DNA from: Octopus vulgaris
Lineage: Eukaryota
Reading direction: 5' to 3'
Assembly: GCA_951406725.2 (NCBI GenBank)
Contig: OX597824.1
Location: 59,706,001-59,770,000, forward strand
DNA: 64,000 bases
The notes under the pieces are model-generated. The model was not told the origin of the DNA. It was given only the letters and a program-made list of their open reading frames with translations, and searched no databases. This document shows positions 16,233 through 28,308 of this stretch, one piece after another (the first letter of the stretch is position 1; the number at the start of each line of letters is the position of its first letter). The position numbers and the translations under genes were made by a program.

Positions 16233-19200
16233 TAACAATTAAATAATTAAATTTAGAAAAATTAAAAGAAAAGTTTTTTTAAAAGAATATTTTAATAGTG
16301 TTCAAATAGAAGTGACATTTTCCTTGTTTCTGCCTGTCTCTGTCTCTCTTGTTTACTCCTGTGGGTTCGAGGTCCTTGTGAATTCTTGGTAGGGAAGAAA
16401 AAGAAGAAAAGACGAAGGAAGTGGAAGAGAAGGGGAAGAATAATAATAATTTGGGAGTGCCATGATAGTAGTATTTTGAATGGTCAGTGGATGATAGCAA
16501 TCGCTGTTCAATTCATGAAAATATTTCGTTTGAATGTTTTGTTTATAGAATTTGCGTAAAAAGCATTAGTGATAAAGTGAAGAAGAAGAAGAAGAAGAAG
16601 AAGAAGAAGAAGAAGAAAGAGAAGGGAGAATAAGAATGAATGTATGTAGTGTGAAAGTAGTAAGGTGTTAAATGACTTAAAATTGGCACGTTATGGATTA
16701 TAGCAGTGATTGGGACTGGGTTTTTTTTTGTTTTTTGTTGTTTTTTTTAATTCTTGGGAATCTCTTGAGTGTATCATTTTTAATATTTGCCGAGGTGGAT
16801 ATGTCGTTTGTCGTAGATGCGTTCAGAAGGGGCCTGTATTTTGTAATAAAGAGATTTTCTTTACTAATTCGTTGGCTCCAAGTTGTATCGTCCCTGAAAA
16901 AATCTGAAGCTCGGATTTTTGTTGTTGGCGCAAATGTCTATGTGTTGGCTGAATGCTATTTTTCTGTTTTGGGGAATTTTTATCTGGGATCTGTGCAAAG
17001 CCATTCTCTTACATAGACTATTTTTTGTTTGGCCTATGTATTGCTCTTGTCATCCAGAGCAGGTTAGTGTGTATATCAGGTTCTCCGACGCATATGTGAA
17101 GTTGCTTTTCACTGTGAAACGTTGTCCCTGTTTGAAGGAGAACTGTGATCCTTCAATTAGATAATCGCATATCCCACAATTGGGTCTTCCACATTTTTTT
17201 ACTGACGGCATCTGTGTTGTTGAGTGTATTTGGGCTTGTGTTAGGAGATTTTTCATAGATTTGGGCTGTCTCTTGCTTTTTATGATGGTGTGTGTTTGGA
17301 GGATTAAGTTCATTCTGTGGTCCTTTTTTAGCAGGGGTATGTTTTGGAGGATGGTGTCGAAGGCTTCATTGTTGAGAGGGTTGTGTGTGGAGATGTATGG
17401 TAAGGCTTCTGGTTGTAAATTTTTCTTTAATTTGGGATGTCTGAGTTCCTGGATGTTGAGTTGAAGGGCAGGTTGAATGCATATGTCAATTAGTGAAGGT
17501 GGGTAGTTCCTGGTGATGAGTGTATCTTTTAGTTCGTGTAGTCGTGTGTCTCTGGTGTTTGCATTAGAAACTATGGTACATATCTTTTTTACTAGGTTGA
17601 AGGGGATATTCATTCTGATGTGTCTGGGGTGGCACGATTTGAATGGAAGATATTGCTTGGAATCCGTAGGCTTATAGTATATATCTGTTTCTATTACGTT
17701 ATTAGATTTCTTAATGAGGATGTCGAGGAAAGGGAGTTGTTGCTGGCTATATTCCATCGTGAACTGGATGTTTACGTCAAGTCCATTTAAAAGCGCTTGG
17801 AATTCTTTAAGTTTCTCTATATTTTCATGCCAAAGAATGAAACAGTTATCCAGGTATTTCTTCCAGTTATTTTCTATGTAGAGGGAGAAAAGGCTGCCGT
17901 ATCTTTCTAGAACCTTACGATAAAGACTGATTTCTAGATATCCCATGACTAGGTTAGCAAAGGAGAGGGCCATTCGCGTACCCATCGCAGTCCCTGATTT
18001 TTGTCGGTCGAGGTTGTCTTTGAAGGCGAAGTAGTTATTTTCCAGGATGAATTTTAGCCCTTCTATCATGAATTCTTTTTTGTTGCGATGTGGGAGTTCG
18101 TTGGCGTAATTCTCTAGCCAGAATTGAATTGCCTCTATTCCTAGATTGTGGGGGATATTGGAATAGAGGTTGACTACTTCGAAGGATACTAGTAGGGTGT
18201 TTTTGCTTATTAATTTAGGAAGGTGATTGAGCATATCCAGGTCGTCCCTTTTATAGCTTTTGACATGTTTGAGGAATGGTTTTAAGAGGGTATCTAAAAA
18301 GTTACTGAGGCGGTGGGTTTCGCATGCGGGACCTGCTATTATAGGTCTCAATTTGAGGTCATTAGGAGTAGGTACTTTAATTATTTTCTCTGTGGCTATC
18401 TTGCATGCGTTACTTATTTTCTCACTTTTGTGTGTCTTGGGAATACCGTAGAATTGGCTGGTTTTGCTTTTGAAATTGGTCATATAGTCATATTCTTTGT
18501 CGGTGAGCCCTTCTTTGTATGTATTTAACATGGATTTTAGTTCTCTAATTATTTTTTGCTGACTGTAGTACTGGGCTTTTTCATAATGTGTCTTCCAACA
18601 TAGATAGTACTAAAGTTATATAAAATATCGTGTCCATTAAGACAACTGCACTCCTTTTATCGGCCTCTTTGATTGTTATTGTTTTGTCATTTTTTAATTT
18701 GTTCAGCTCAGCCCATTCTGTTTTGCTGAAGTTTGGTTTGTGTTTTTGTTTGTGTATATGTTGATATGGGTAATTCGAGATGTGTTCAAAGAAATGATCA
18801 AGTGTTTTATTCTTACCTTTTGAGGGGGTGTTGTTACTCCTATTTCTGACCAACGATTCGTCCACGTTGTATTTGTCGTATAGCTCCTCAGCAAGTCGTA
18901 ATTTTCTACAGAATTCTGCGATGTCTTCTTTCATTTCATTGTAGTTGGGGTGTTGTGGGGTAGGCGTAAACTTAAGTCCTTTGGAGAGTATATTGATTTG
19001 GTTTGCTGTTAGTTCATTGTGAGTTAGATTGATAATTTTTATCACTTTTGGTTCCTCCTGTCTGTTTGGTGCTATCTTTTGTCTCTGTGTTTGCGTATTG
19101 GGTCTAAAAGATGATTGCGGTGGTTGGGACGGTAGCTATTATGTAGTTGTTCCTTGTTGTTGCGGGGTGCCCTATTGTGATTTATGGTGTGTTTTCTTGG

Positions 19201-20401
19201 AACAGTATTGAAAACTGTGTCCCAATATCCCATATTTAGGTGTGGCGTTTTAGAGGGCCGTCGTTGGTAGTTATTGCGTGTGGTGCGGGTTTGTTGTGCA
19301 TGGTTGTTTCGCAGGTTGTTGGAACAAAAATTTCGTTGGTAACTCTTTTTGTGGAGGAGGAGGTTGCAGCATCTATCCTGTGGGTAGTGATTTATCCTTT
19401 ACTCTCGATATCGTATCTCTGGTGTCTTACAAAGTTAGGGTTAGGTCTTGTATTCTTTTTTTGGTAGAAGTAATGGTTCCGATTTTTAGACAGGTGTGTA
19501 TCAGTGTTTGAGTGTTGTTTTGATTTTCTTATTTTCTGGAAAGGGTTGTTGGAAGCGTGCTCTGTGTGAAAGACGGTTTCATAGTCTGAGAACCAAGTGG
19601 CGCTTTTTCTCCCAGCGTTGGAGAGATTTCAGTTCTTCTTTTTCACAGTCCTCTTTCCATAGTTTGGAGATCTTCTCTTGATCGGGGCCTTGGGTCATTT
19701 TGCAAATTTCTTGGTTGAGCTCTTCATCGGATTTTACTTTATCGTCATTCGTTTGGGCCCTCAATTTTAGAAGTTCTATTTCCATTTCCATTTTTCCAGT
19801 GCCATTCTCTCTCTGAGGCGTCTTTGTGTTTCAGGTTCCTCTGTAATGGCTTTGATCTGGAATTTACGTGAGAGGATTAACGGTGTCCGGCTGAGCCATT
19901 TTTCGTATATATTCGCGTTGTTGTTGTTTTAGATCATCTTCCAAAAGGCGAACTTTCTATCTCTGAGTGATTTGTTCTATTGTGGTACTATGTGGTGTTT
20001 CATTTATTATGTTGTGAGAGTATTGATCCCATATGATGTCTCGTTTGGAGGTCCTTGATTCGCGTTGTTAGAGAAAAATGTTCTAATTGTTTTGCATAAG
20101 TTTCCAAGGTTTTCGACGATTTCGGAAGTTGTATTTTTTGTATCGGTTTCCTCATTGTTCTCTCGATTGGGTTTATGTATCGAGTCGAATTTGTTCAAAA
20201 ATGTTGACAGATTTGTGTTGATTTTCTTGAGTTCTTTCAGTATTTCTTTATGGAAAAGATTGTGTCTGTTTTTGTCGGCATTTTCTGTATCTCGTGTGGG
20301 TTAATGATATGTATAAGGATGAAAAGGAACACACGAGTTGATATATATGGAGAGAAAAAATCAAGATAGAAAATGCTAAAATAATTTTAGAAAAAACATT
20401 T

Positions 20402-20437
20402 CAGTACCGGTTTCAGTCATTGAGACTTTTTCAACTG
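20402..20437 (-). ncRNA. Minimal type I hammerhead ribozyme, U3-A8 variant, in the Penelope 5' pseudo-LTR
   Basis: cag TTGAAAA AGTC tcaat GACT GAAA CCGG TA ctg; palindromic helix III ACCGGT, GUA triplet. Confidence 0.8.
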
Positions 20438-20828
20438 TAACAATTAAATAATTAAATTTAGAAAAATTAAAAGAAAAGTTTTTTTAAAAGAATATTTGTA
20501 TAGTGTTCAAATATAAGTGGCATTTTCCTTCATTCTGCCTGTCTCTGTCTCTCTTGTTTTCTCTTGTGGGTTCGAGGTCGTTGTGAATTCTTGGTAAGGA
20601 AGAAGGAGGAGGAGGAGAAGGGGAAGAAGAATAGTTAGGGAGTGCCATGATAGTAGTATTTTGAATGGTCAGTGGATGATAGCAAATATTAAAAATGATA
20701 CATTCAAGAGATTCCCAAGAATTGATTAAAAAACAGTTCCAATCACTGCTATAATCCATAACGTGCCAATTTTAAGTCATTTAACACCTTACTACTTTCA
20801 CACTACATACATTCATTCATATTCTCCC

Positions 20829-20909
20829 TTCTTCTTCTTCTTCTTCTTCTTCTTCTTCTTCTTCTTCTTCTTCTTCTTCTTCTTCTTCTTCTTCTTCTTC
20901 TTCTTCTTC
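20829..20909. repeat. (TTC)n tract in the inverted pseudo-LTR segment (counterpart (GAA)n at 16579-16617)
   Basis: Direct reading. Confidence 0.95.
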
Positions 20910-21389
20910 CTAACTTTATCACTAATGCTTTTTAGAATAACACCTACGCATATTCTAAAAACAAAACATTCAAAAGAAATATTTTCATGAATTGAACAGC
21001 GACTGTTTTGATCTGGAATTTACGTGGGAGGATTAACGGTGTCCGGTTGAGCCATTATATATATATATATATATATATGCTTTTTGATATTTACTTTCAT
21101 AGACTTGTTTCACGAAGAGTTCTTCAAACTTTCACCTATGTTAAATTCCTATTCCCACATAATGTAATATATGAAACGTAAAAATGGAATTGAGTCATAA
21201 CATAGTAACAAAAGCCACACACAGTTGAAATGAACAAAATACAGAAAACGTTATTGATACGTTGGGTAGGTCATTACATACGCTTCAATAATCAATAATC
21301 GATAAATAACAAAAAGCATACACATATACATACATATATACACACATGCATACATACATGCATATCTATGGGTGGGTGTGGTTGTGTAT

Positions 21390-21600
<211 letters not shown>

Positions 21601-21655
21601 GTAAAAAGAAGTTTGAAAACGCCACTATATTAGATCAATTTTAATTTTCTTATGA

Positions 21656-21700
21656 ATTTTACATGTTTCGGTTCTTGAAAAAACGAACCTTATCAAAAAT
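21656..21700 (-). ncRNA. Minimal type I hammerhead ribozyme, U3-A8 variant, in a short non-coding insert (about 21600-21935)
   Basis: attt TTGATAA GGTTC gttttttcaa GAACC GAAA CATG TA aaat; palindromic helix III ACATGT. Confidence 0.75.
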
Positions 21701-21852
21701 ATTATAAAAAGTGCAATGGAAACGTTCATAATCGTTTCTTACTGGTCTCAATAGAATCCATGTTCTTGAAAATACGAACCTTATCAAAAATATTATAAAA
21801 AGTGCAATGGAAACGTTCATAATCGTTTCTTACTGTTCTCAATAGAATCCAT
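21671..21852. repeat. Two-copy 91-bp tandem duplication
   Basis: gttcttgaaaa...aatagaatccat at 21671-21761 and 21762-21852. Confidence 0.9.
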
Positions 21853-22044
21853 GCGGTGGTGTTTTGTCGGTAGTTGGTATAATCGCTATGTTACTGTTGA
21901 GTGTAGTGAAGAAGTCCATTATTGTTTCTTGCTGGTATATATACTTAATCTACTGGGCAGACTTGCTGTGTAAGTGTACATCAACGGAACTAAACAGAAA
22001 TGTGTAGACATAAAAACTGGACATAAGGAAAATCAGTTCTCGTG

Positions 22045-22250
22045 TTTAGCACACCGGGCGAAATGCTTAGTGGCATTTCGTCTGCGGTTACGTTCTGAGT
22101 TCAAATTCCGCCGAGGTCAACTTTGCCTTTCATCCTTTCGGATGAATAAGTACAAGTTATGCACTGGGGTCGAGATAATCGACTTAATTCGTTTGTCTGT
22201 CCTTGTTTGTCCTCTCCGTGTTTAGCCCCTTGTAGGTAGTAAAGAAATAT
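22045..22250 (+). mobile_element. tRNA-derived SINE (5'-truncated)
   Basis: B-box-like GAGTTCAAATTCC; near-identical to 22862-23071. Confidence 0.85.
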
Positions 22251-22597
22251 GTATAGACATGTGATTCATATGGATGGGGACATGTATAAACAAGTGCCAA
22301 TCACAAAATTTTGAGGTAGTTTGCGAAAAAGGTTTTTTTCTCAGTAGCCGGAACCGTTACACTTAGCATACTTACCTCGTTTTTAATACTGTTTCTTTCA
22401 TTCACACTTTACATTGCCCACCCACATGACACACCAATTCACCACACCTCCACTACAATACATCTCTCAACCACCCTATGCACCCCGATTGTCTCTCTCT
22501 CTCTCCTTTTCTCACACTCTTACAACCTACCAAATAATCTCTCTTTCTCTCAATCTGCCTGTATGTCTCTCCTTATCTCTCTTTCACATTATCGCTG

Positions 22598-22628
<31 letters not shown>

Positions 22629-22841
22629 TATTCTCTCTCTCTCTCTCTCTCATTCTCTCCCTTCCTTTCCCTGTGTGCCATATCAACATTACTATTCTGC
22701 TACTCTTCCTTCCCCACCACCATGCACAATTGGTTAACCTCACCCCTTATCCACCATTCACTACGTCATCCACCACCCTACACAATCTCTTCCACCCCTA
22801 CGTAAAAACTCAACGCTTCTTTCATAATATTCACTCCCTAA

Positions 22842-23241
22842 GGCGGTGAGCTAGCAAAAACGTTAGCACACCGGGCGAAATGCTTAGCGGTATTTCGTCT
22901 GCGGTTACGTTCTGAGTTCAAATTCCGCCGAGGTCGACTTTGCCTTTCATCCTTTCGGGGTCGATTAAATAAGTACCAGTTACGCACTGGAGTCGATATA
23001 ATCGATTTAATCCGTTTGTCTGTCCTTGTTTGTCCTTTCTGTGTTTAGCCCCTTGTGGGTAGTAAAGAAATAGGTATTTCGTCTGTTTTTACGTTCTGAG
23101 TTCAAATTCCGTCGAGGTCGACTTTGCCATTCTTCCTTTCGGGGTCGATAGATTAATTACCAGTTGCGTACTGGTGTCGATCTAATCGACTGGCCCCCTC
23201 CCCCAAAATTTCGGGCCTTGTGCCTAGAGTTGAAAATAATT
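22842..23241 (+). mobile_element. tRNA-derived SINE, dimeric, with 13-bp target-site duplication
   Basis: GGCGGTGAGCTAGC head; B box present twice. TSD atattcactccct at 22827-22839 and 23242-23254. Empty paralogous sites at about 31181 and 59341. Confidence 0.9.
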
Positions 23242-23995
23242 ATATTCACTCCCTTCCTCCCCATTACTCATTCTCCCATTCGCTTTTGCTAGCTCTACCG
23301 TTCTACTGTTTCCATTCGCTTCTACTCACCTTTTACTTTAAGAGTAGACACGGGCACTCCATCACCACTATTTTATCTCTTCCTTACATTGCCCACTTAC
23401 CTCCACCCAATCTCATAAATTATGAATACCCATGTGGTTTCACTACATCTAGAAACCTGATATTTTCTGCCTCCTTTTGTCTTACTTTCACTACTCATTT
23501 TTAGCATAAAACCCGCCTCATCTCCAGGTTATCATTTTCCAGCTGCATTTTCAACTCACTAGTGCACGTGGCACGTAAAAGAGCGGTCAGTACAAACTAT
23601 AAAGGTGTTTGCGTTACGAAGGTCATATGCGTTAGGGAACCATGCTAAAACAGACAGAAGCGCACGACTCGGGCCTTGGGTCTCATGCCAGTATAGAACA
23701 TGAACGCTTGTGATGATGATTATGATGATAATGTTCATGATATTAATTATGATAATGATCATGATGATCATGATAACGATATAAAGAAAAAATATATGAA
23801 CTCATGTATTAACATGTATAGGTGAGAAGTGTTCAAACTGCAACGGTTGCGGTTCGGTTATTTGATATGGGAATGCAAACAGAATTCAAATTTCAACGAT
23901 GTGAAGTGAAATTAGACGTGAGATAAAGGTGAAAAGGACAATAATTCTGATTTGATTATTGGATAAATTGGTCTGATATTTCTGATTTTTAACTA

Positions 23996-24212
23996 TGAGA
24001 GTGACAGAGAAGTGGCTGTGCAAATATTGAGAATAAAGATATATCATCAGTGAATTGTAAAGGCTGTGAAAAAAATTAGTAAATTAATGAAACAGTTATA
24101 TATGTACATAATTGTTTCATTAATTTACTAATTTCTTCACAGCCTTCACAATTCACTGATGATATAATTTTATTCTCAATATTTGCACAGCCACATATCT
24201 GTCACTCTTATG
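23996..24212. mobile_element. Palindromic MITE-like element (about 100-bp arms)
   Basis: gagtgacagag...gaaacagttat and ataattgtttc...ctgtcactc are reverse complements; paralog at 47418-47608. Confidence 0.75.
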
Positions 24213-24359
24213 TGTGCTCATTGCATAAGACAAACGGCTGCATTAAGCTGCAATAATTTTCTCCATATCATATACTAAATTATGTGGGAATAGAAATTTA
24301 ACATAGGTGAATGTTTGAAGAACCCTTCGTGAAACAAGTCCATATGCAAAAAATTATAA

Positions 24360-25028
24360 AACATTTTGTCCCAATTACATAGGTCAAATATATCCAAAGT
24401 AATTTTACTCCGAATATAGGAAATTCATGGAGATTTTAGATGTTCTCCACCATATTTCAAGATGTGATCAATATGGTGGGCTGAATTCTTCGCTTTATAT
24501 TCGGGCCGAGACTGAAATATTACACCAGATCTTTTAATTTTCTAAGAATCTTTTAGTTTCAGTCAGTTCATTTATTTTCTCTATTAGTTTCTCTGGGGTA
24601 AAGTTCTCTATATCTGACAACTGATATGCTGTTATTGTAAGACAATTTGCTGCCAATAGTCCATTAATAACAGCTAAACTGGCATTAACCGCTCGCAGTG
24701 ATTCGATACATTTCTCATTCTTCAGAATTCTATTACATATCAGAGGAATCAAAGTCAAAACTCTTCTTATCACATATCTTCATTTTGATACTATTTTCTG
24801 CCGTGCGTCAGAAAAGGTTTTACTAAATTCTGTGATCTCGTCCATTGGAAGTATATTTATGTTTTGTTCCTTTCGGAAAGATTTTGTGAGTTTTTGATAT
24901 TTAGTATAAAATAGTTATTTTGTCCATACTTTGATAAATCGTTTGTTATAGAAATCATTGGATGTACGTGACTATTGAAGGGTCATGCAAGTATAAGATA
25001 TTTTTACCATTACTTACAGGTAAAAAAA
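24360..25028 (-). pseudogene. UGT type B pseudogene (B1), large internal deletions
   Basis: Homologous to 61129-62646. Trp codon changed to TGA at about 24983-24985, plus a frameshift. A deletion fuses AYQLS to DIENF. Confidence 0.9.
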
Positions 25029-25132
25029 GATAATAATAATAAAGAGATTAAGGTAAACTGTAATTATTACTTAAAGGATAATACTGTGGTTATGTATTAG
25101 AATTTCATTTTAAATCTATCTTTTTATCTTTT

Positions 25133-25265
25133 ACTTGTTTCAGTTAGGAGACTGCAGCCATGCTGTGGCACTACCTTGACGAGCATTCAATCGAACTTAT
25201 GGACCGCAGGACATAATATTTTTAAAGTAAGGTACTTATTCAATAGGTCACTTTTACCGACCCAC
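25133..25265 (-). mobile_element. SINE 3' fragment (paralogs at about 36312-36445 and 48855-48985)
   Basis: tgtttcagt...ctgcagccatgctg...ggtacttattc is the reverse of the SINE tail at 46440-46570. Confidence 0.6.
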
Positions 25266-26011
25266 AATATTAAGTCAAACAAATGAAAAATAAAAACGAT
25301 AGTGGTCACCGTTGAAGTCCCTTTTTCACATGAAAGCTGTCCTGTGACAAAACATAAGCAACTTAACTCTCATGACAGTCTGCCCACGCTATGCTATGAC
25401 ACACTAGTAAAGTGATGCATGTCTGTGGATTAACTTTCAACACACCAACGAAAACTACAAAGAGTTTTGTTCAAAAAGTTTCAAACCTATCAAAATTTAA
25501 ACTGCAACAAAGCATTTAACCATTTAATTACTAATTGATATAAGCAGACTCTTCTCTATACGAAAATGACATAAGTTGAAGAAAATCTTGACATTTTCAT
25601 CGAGGAAAACAGAGTGGGAAGAGACGGTAATATTGTACAATAAAATATGACAGCTGGCAAGTGCTTAAAATGTATATATTTATTACAAAATGAATAAGCG
25701 ATTTATTAAAAAAATTTATGAACCGAACAGATTAAACATCTTGTTTTGATTATAAGAAAAATAATGGCACTGTACTTCAGAATTCACGTTTAATTGTTTA
25801 ATACGGAGCTTCTACAATATGTTTGAAACAAAAAGAAAAATCAACATACTATATGAGGTAAATCTTTAAAAACTACACCACATAATATGACATCTACAGA
25901 AAATTTCCGAATTTCAATTAATTTTTTAAAATTAAATGTTTCTAACCCTCATTTGAATAAATCAAAAATCTGCCATGATTTACATTCTTTCAACTTATCA
26001 AAGAAATGATT

Positions 26012-27529
26012 TTAGTCAATCTTCGTTTTTTTCTTGCAACAAAACGATAAACATTTTTTCACACTTCGATATATTAAATATATCAAAAATATTGTTGCAG
26101 CAAATATAGGAACTAATACATCGATCATTAAAAATTCATACAATCGACTCTCTTGACATGGAGATTTTAGATATTCTCCACCATATTTCAAGATGTGATC
26201 AATATGGCGGGCTGATTTCTTCGCTGGATATTCGGGCCGAGAATGAAATATTTCACTAGCTCTTTTAATTTTCTCAGAATATGTTTTATTTTCAATTAGT
26301 TCATTTATTTTCTCTATTAATTCCTCCGGAGTGAAGTTCTCTATATCTAGAGACAATCCGTATCCTTTCTCGGTCATTCTGCGAGAGTTATAAAATTGGT
26401 CTGCAAATATAGGTATTCCCAGCATTGGTACACCATGGAACAAAGCTTCAAACTGACCGCTATTTCCACAATGAGTAACAAATAATTTTGTTTTAGGATG
26501 GCCAAGCAGATCATTTTGTGGTACCCAATCACTGATATAAATATTCTTATGAGAAAATGATGTTTTCTTCTGTCTCCACACAACATCATATTTTATTTGT
26601 TTCAATGCACTTTGTAGTTTCTTTAATTGAACAGCAGGGAAATCATTGATATTACTGCCAAATGACACCACGACTATTCCATTCTTAGACGCATTTATGA
26701 ATTTCACTAATTCTCCCTTCAAAGGCAATGAGCGTTTTGTAGCCAGACCACCAACGTATCTTACATTTGGAAGTTGTGGTAGTGGATAATCTAGAAGTAC
26801 ATCTTTTTCAATAAGAAAAAACTGTGCCTGATGTAGTAAATCTGTGAATGAAATATCAGGTTTGTCTTTAGCGTATGTTTTGACACTGTGTATAGGCGCT
26901 CCAATAGGAGGGATACTGTAGTCTACAATAGCAGCCAAAGTACTTATTAACTTTTCCGAATATGTCATCTTATCGGAGGATGAGAAGAAGCTGCTTGGAA
27001 AAACACTGGGGTTCCATGGAATACGATGAAGACTAGGAAATATCTCAGATGCCGTGAGAACAAACGGAATTGATAATTCATAGGCAATTGTTGTAAGACA
27101 ATTTGTCATGAATATTCCATTGATCACAGCTAAACTGGCATTGACGGCTCGCAATGATTCTATCCATTTTTCATCCGTTAACATTCTCTCGCACACTACA
27201 GGGAATAAAGTTAAGGCGTTTTTCATCACGTATAATCTTCTTGTTTCTTGTTTCTCTGAACCAGTGCGAATTTCTTCAATTTCTGGGATCTCATCCATTG
27301 GAAGTATATTTATGTTCTGTTCGTTTTGGAAAGTTTTAGTGAGTTTTTTGTTTAGTATAAAATAGTTATTATGACCATACTTTGACAATTCGTTCGCAAT
27401 AGAAATCATTGGATTTATGTGACTGTAACCAGGCCATGCTATGTATAAAATATTTTTACTGTTGACTCTCTTTAAACATACAATCATGCATAGCACCATT
27501 AAACTGAATAACAGACTTTTCTGTCTCAT
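26012..27529 (-). CDS. UGT: UDP-glycosyltransferase (GT1, UGT family), type A copy 1, single coding exon, 505 aa
   Basis: Signal peptide; SH motif with the catalytic His; VVVSFGS; signature WVPQNDLLGHPKTKLFVTHCGNSGQFEALFHGVPMLGIPIFADQ; C-terminal TM helix and lysine-rich ER-retention tail KKKTKID. Confidence 0.97.
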   Translation of the reverse strand: MRQKSLLFSLMVLCMIVCLKRVNSKNILYIAWPGYSHINPMISIANELSKYGHNNYFILNKKLTKTFQNEQNINILPMDEIPEIEEIRTGSEKQETRRLYVMKNALTLFPVVCERMLTDEKWIESLRAVNASLAVINGIFMTNCLTTIAYELSIPFVLTASEIFPSLHRIPWNPSVFPSSFFSSSDKMTYSEKLISTLAAIVDYSIPPIGAPIHSVKTYAKDKPDISFTDLLHQAQFFLIEKDVLLDYPLPQLPNVRYVGGLATKRSLPLKGELVKFINASKNGIVVVSFGSNINDFPAVQLKKLQSALKQIKYDVVWRQKKTSFSHKNIYISDWVPQNDLLGHPKTKLFVTHCGNSGQFEALFHGVPMLGIPIFADQFYNSRRMTEKGYGLSLDIENFTPEELIEKINELIENKTYSEKIKRASEIFHSRPEYPAKKSARHIDHILKYGGEYLKSPCQESRLYEFLMIDVLVPIFAATIFLIYLIYRSVKKCLSFCCKKKTKID

Positions 27530-27546
27530 TTTTCAAGAGGTGTTGA

Positions 27547-27570
27547 CCTAGATAAAAGAAAAAATTTAGA
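27547..27570 (-). promoter_or_regulatory. Splice acceptor 18 nt upstream of the UGT-A1 ATG
   Basis: Minus strand ttttttcttttatctAG|Gtcaacacc; conserved at 44659, 51254 and 55570. Confidence 0.75.
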
Positions 27571-27956
27571 AAGACATATGAATAAATTTTTGATTATATA
27601 TTCGAATGATATTTGCGATGAAAGGAAAGCTACATATATCTAATGACTGTCTGGCATCAACAGTCATTACAATAACAAAAATATGGTAGCAAATCTGTAT
27701 AGTAACTTCGACGCTCTAACCAGACTATTTAGAGCTTCATTAGAAGTGGTTCATGCATATCTCTTAAACAGCAACAAAGCACATAACCACCTTAGTAATA
27801 ATTAATATAATCATAGAGTTATCCGTAAACTGTTGTACAAATAGAGATATATACATATCAAAAAACCGGTTCTGTATCAGAAGCGTAAACATATACAAAT
27901 ATCATACATAGATGCATGCATGTGCATATATACCTTCATGTACTTAAATGTGTTCA

Positions 27957-28305
<349 letters not shown>

Positions 28306-28308
<3 letters not shown>

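Larger units (their letters stand above)
16145..21056 (-). mobile_element. Penelope-like element (RT + GIY-YIG) with pseudo-LTRs, inserted in (TA)n
   Basis: ORF 18581-19045 (LSKGLKFTP, IKEADK.SAVVLMD) and 17050-18531 (YGIPKTHK, LRPII, GTAMG, YLDN, LPFLD, YYKPTD, CxxxxCxxC, NLIY...YIGQT). Terminal repeats at 16145-16790 and 20349-21002. Confidence 0.92.

Noticed and set aside
22842-22935. Possible tRNA gene (A/B boxes)
   Set aside because: No cloverleaf; it is the head of a multi-copy SINE with a TSD.
23996-24212. CTGATGA and GAAAC inside the palindrome as a ribozyme or miRNA precursor
   Set aside because: The motifs do not form hammerhead topology; a MITE explains the palindrome more simply.
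24305-24345. TTGAAGA acccttcgt GAAA caag TC as a hammerhead
   Set aside because: Helix II is only 2 bp and helix I is out of register.
26374-26589. 71-aa ORF conserved in five places
   Set aside because: Alternative frame inside the UGT CDS; its conservation follows from the UGT duplications.
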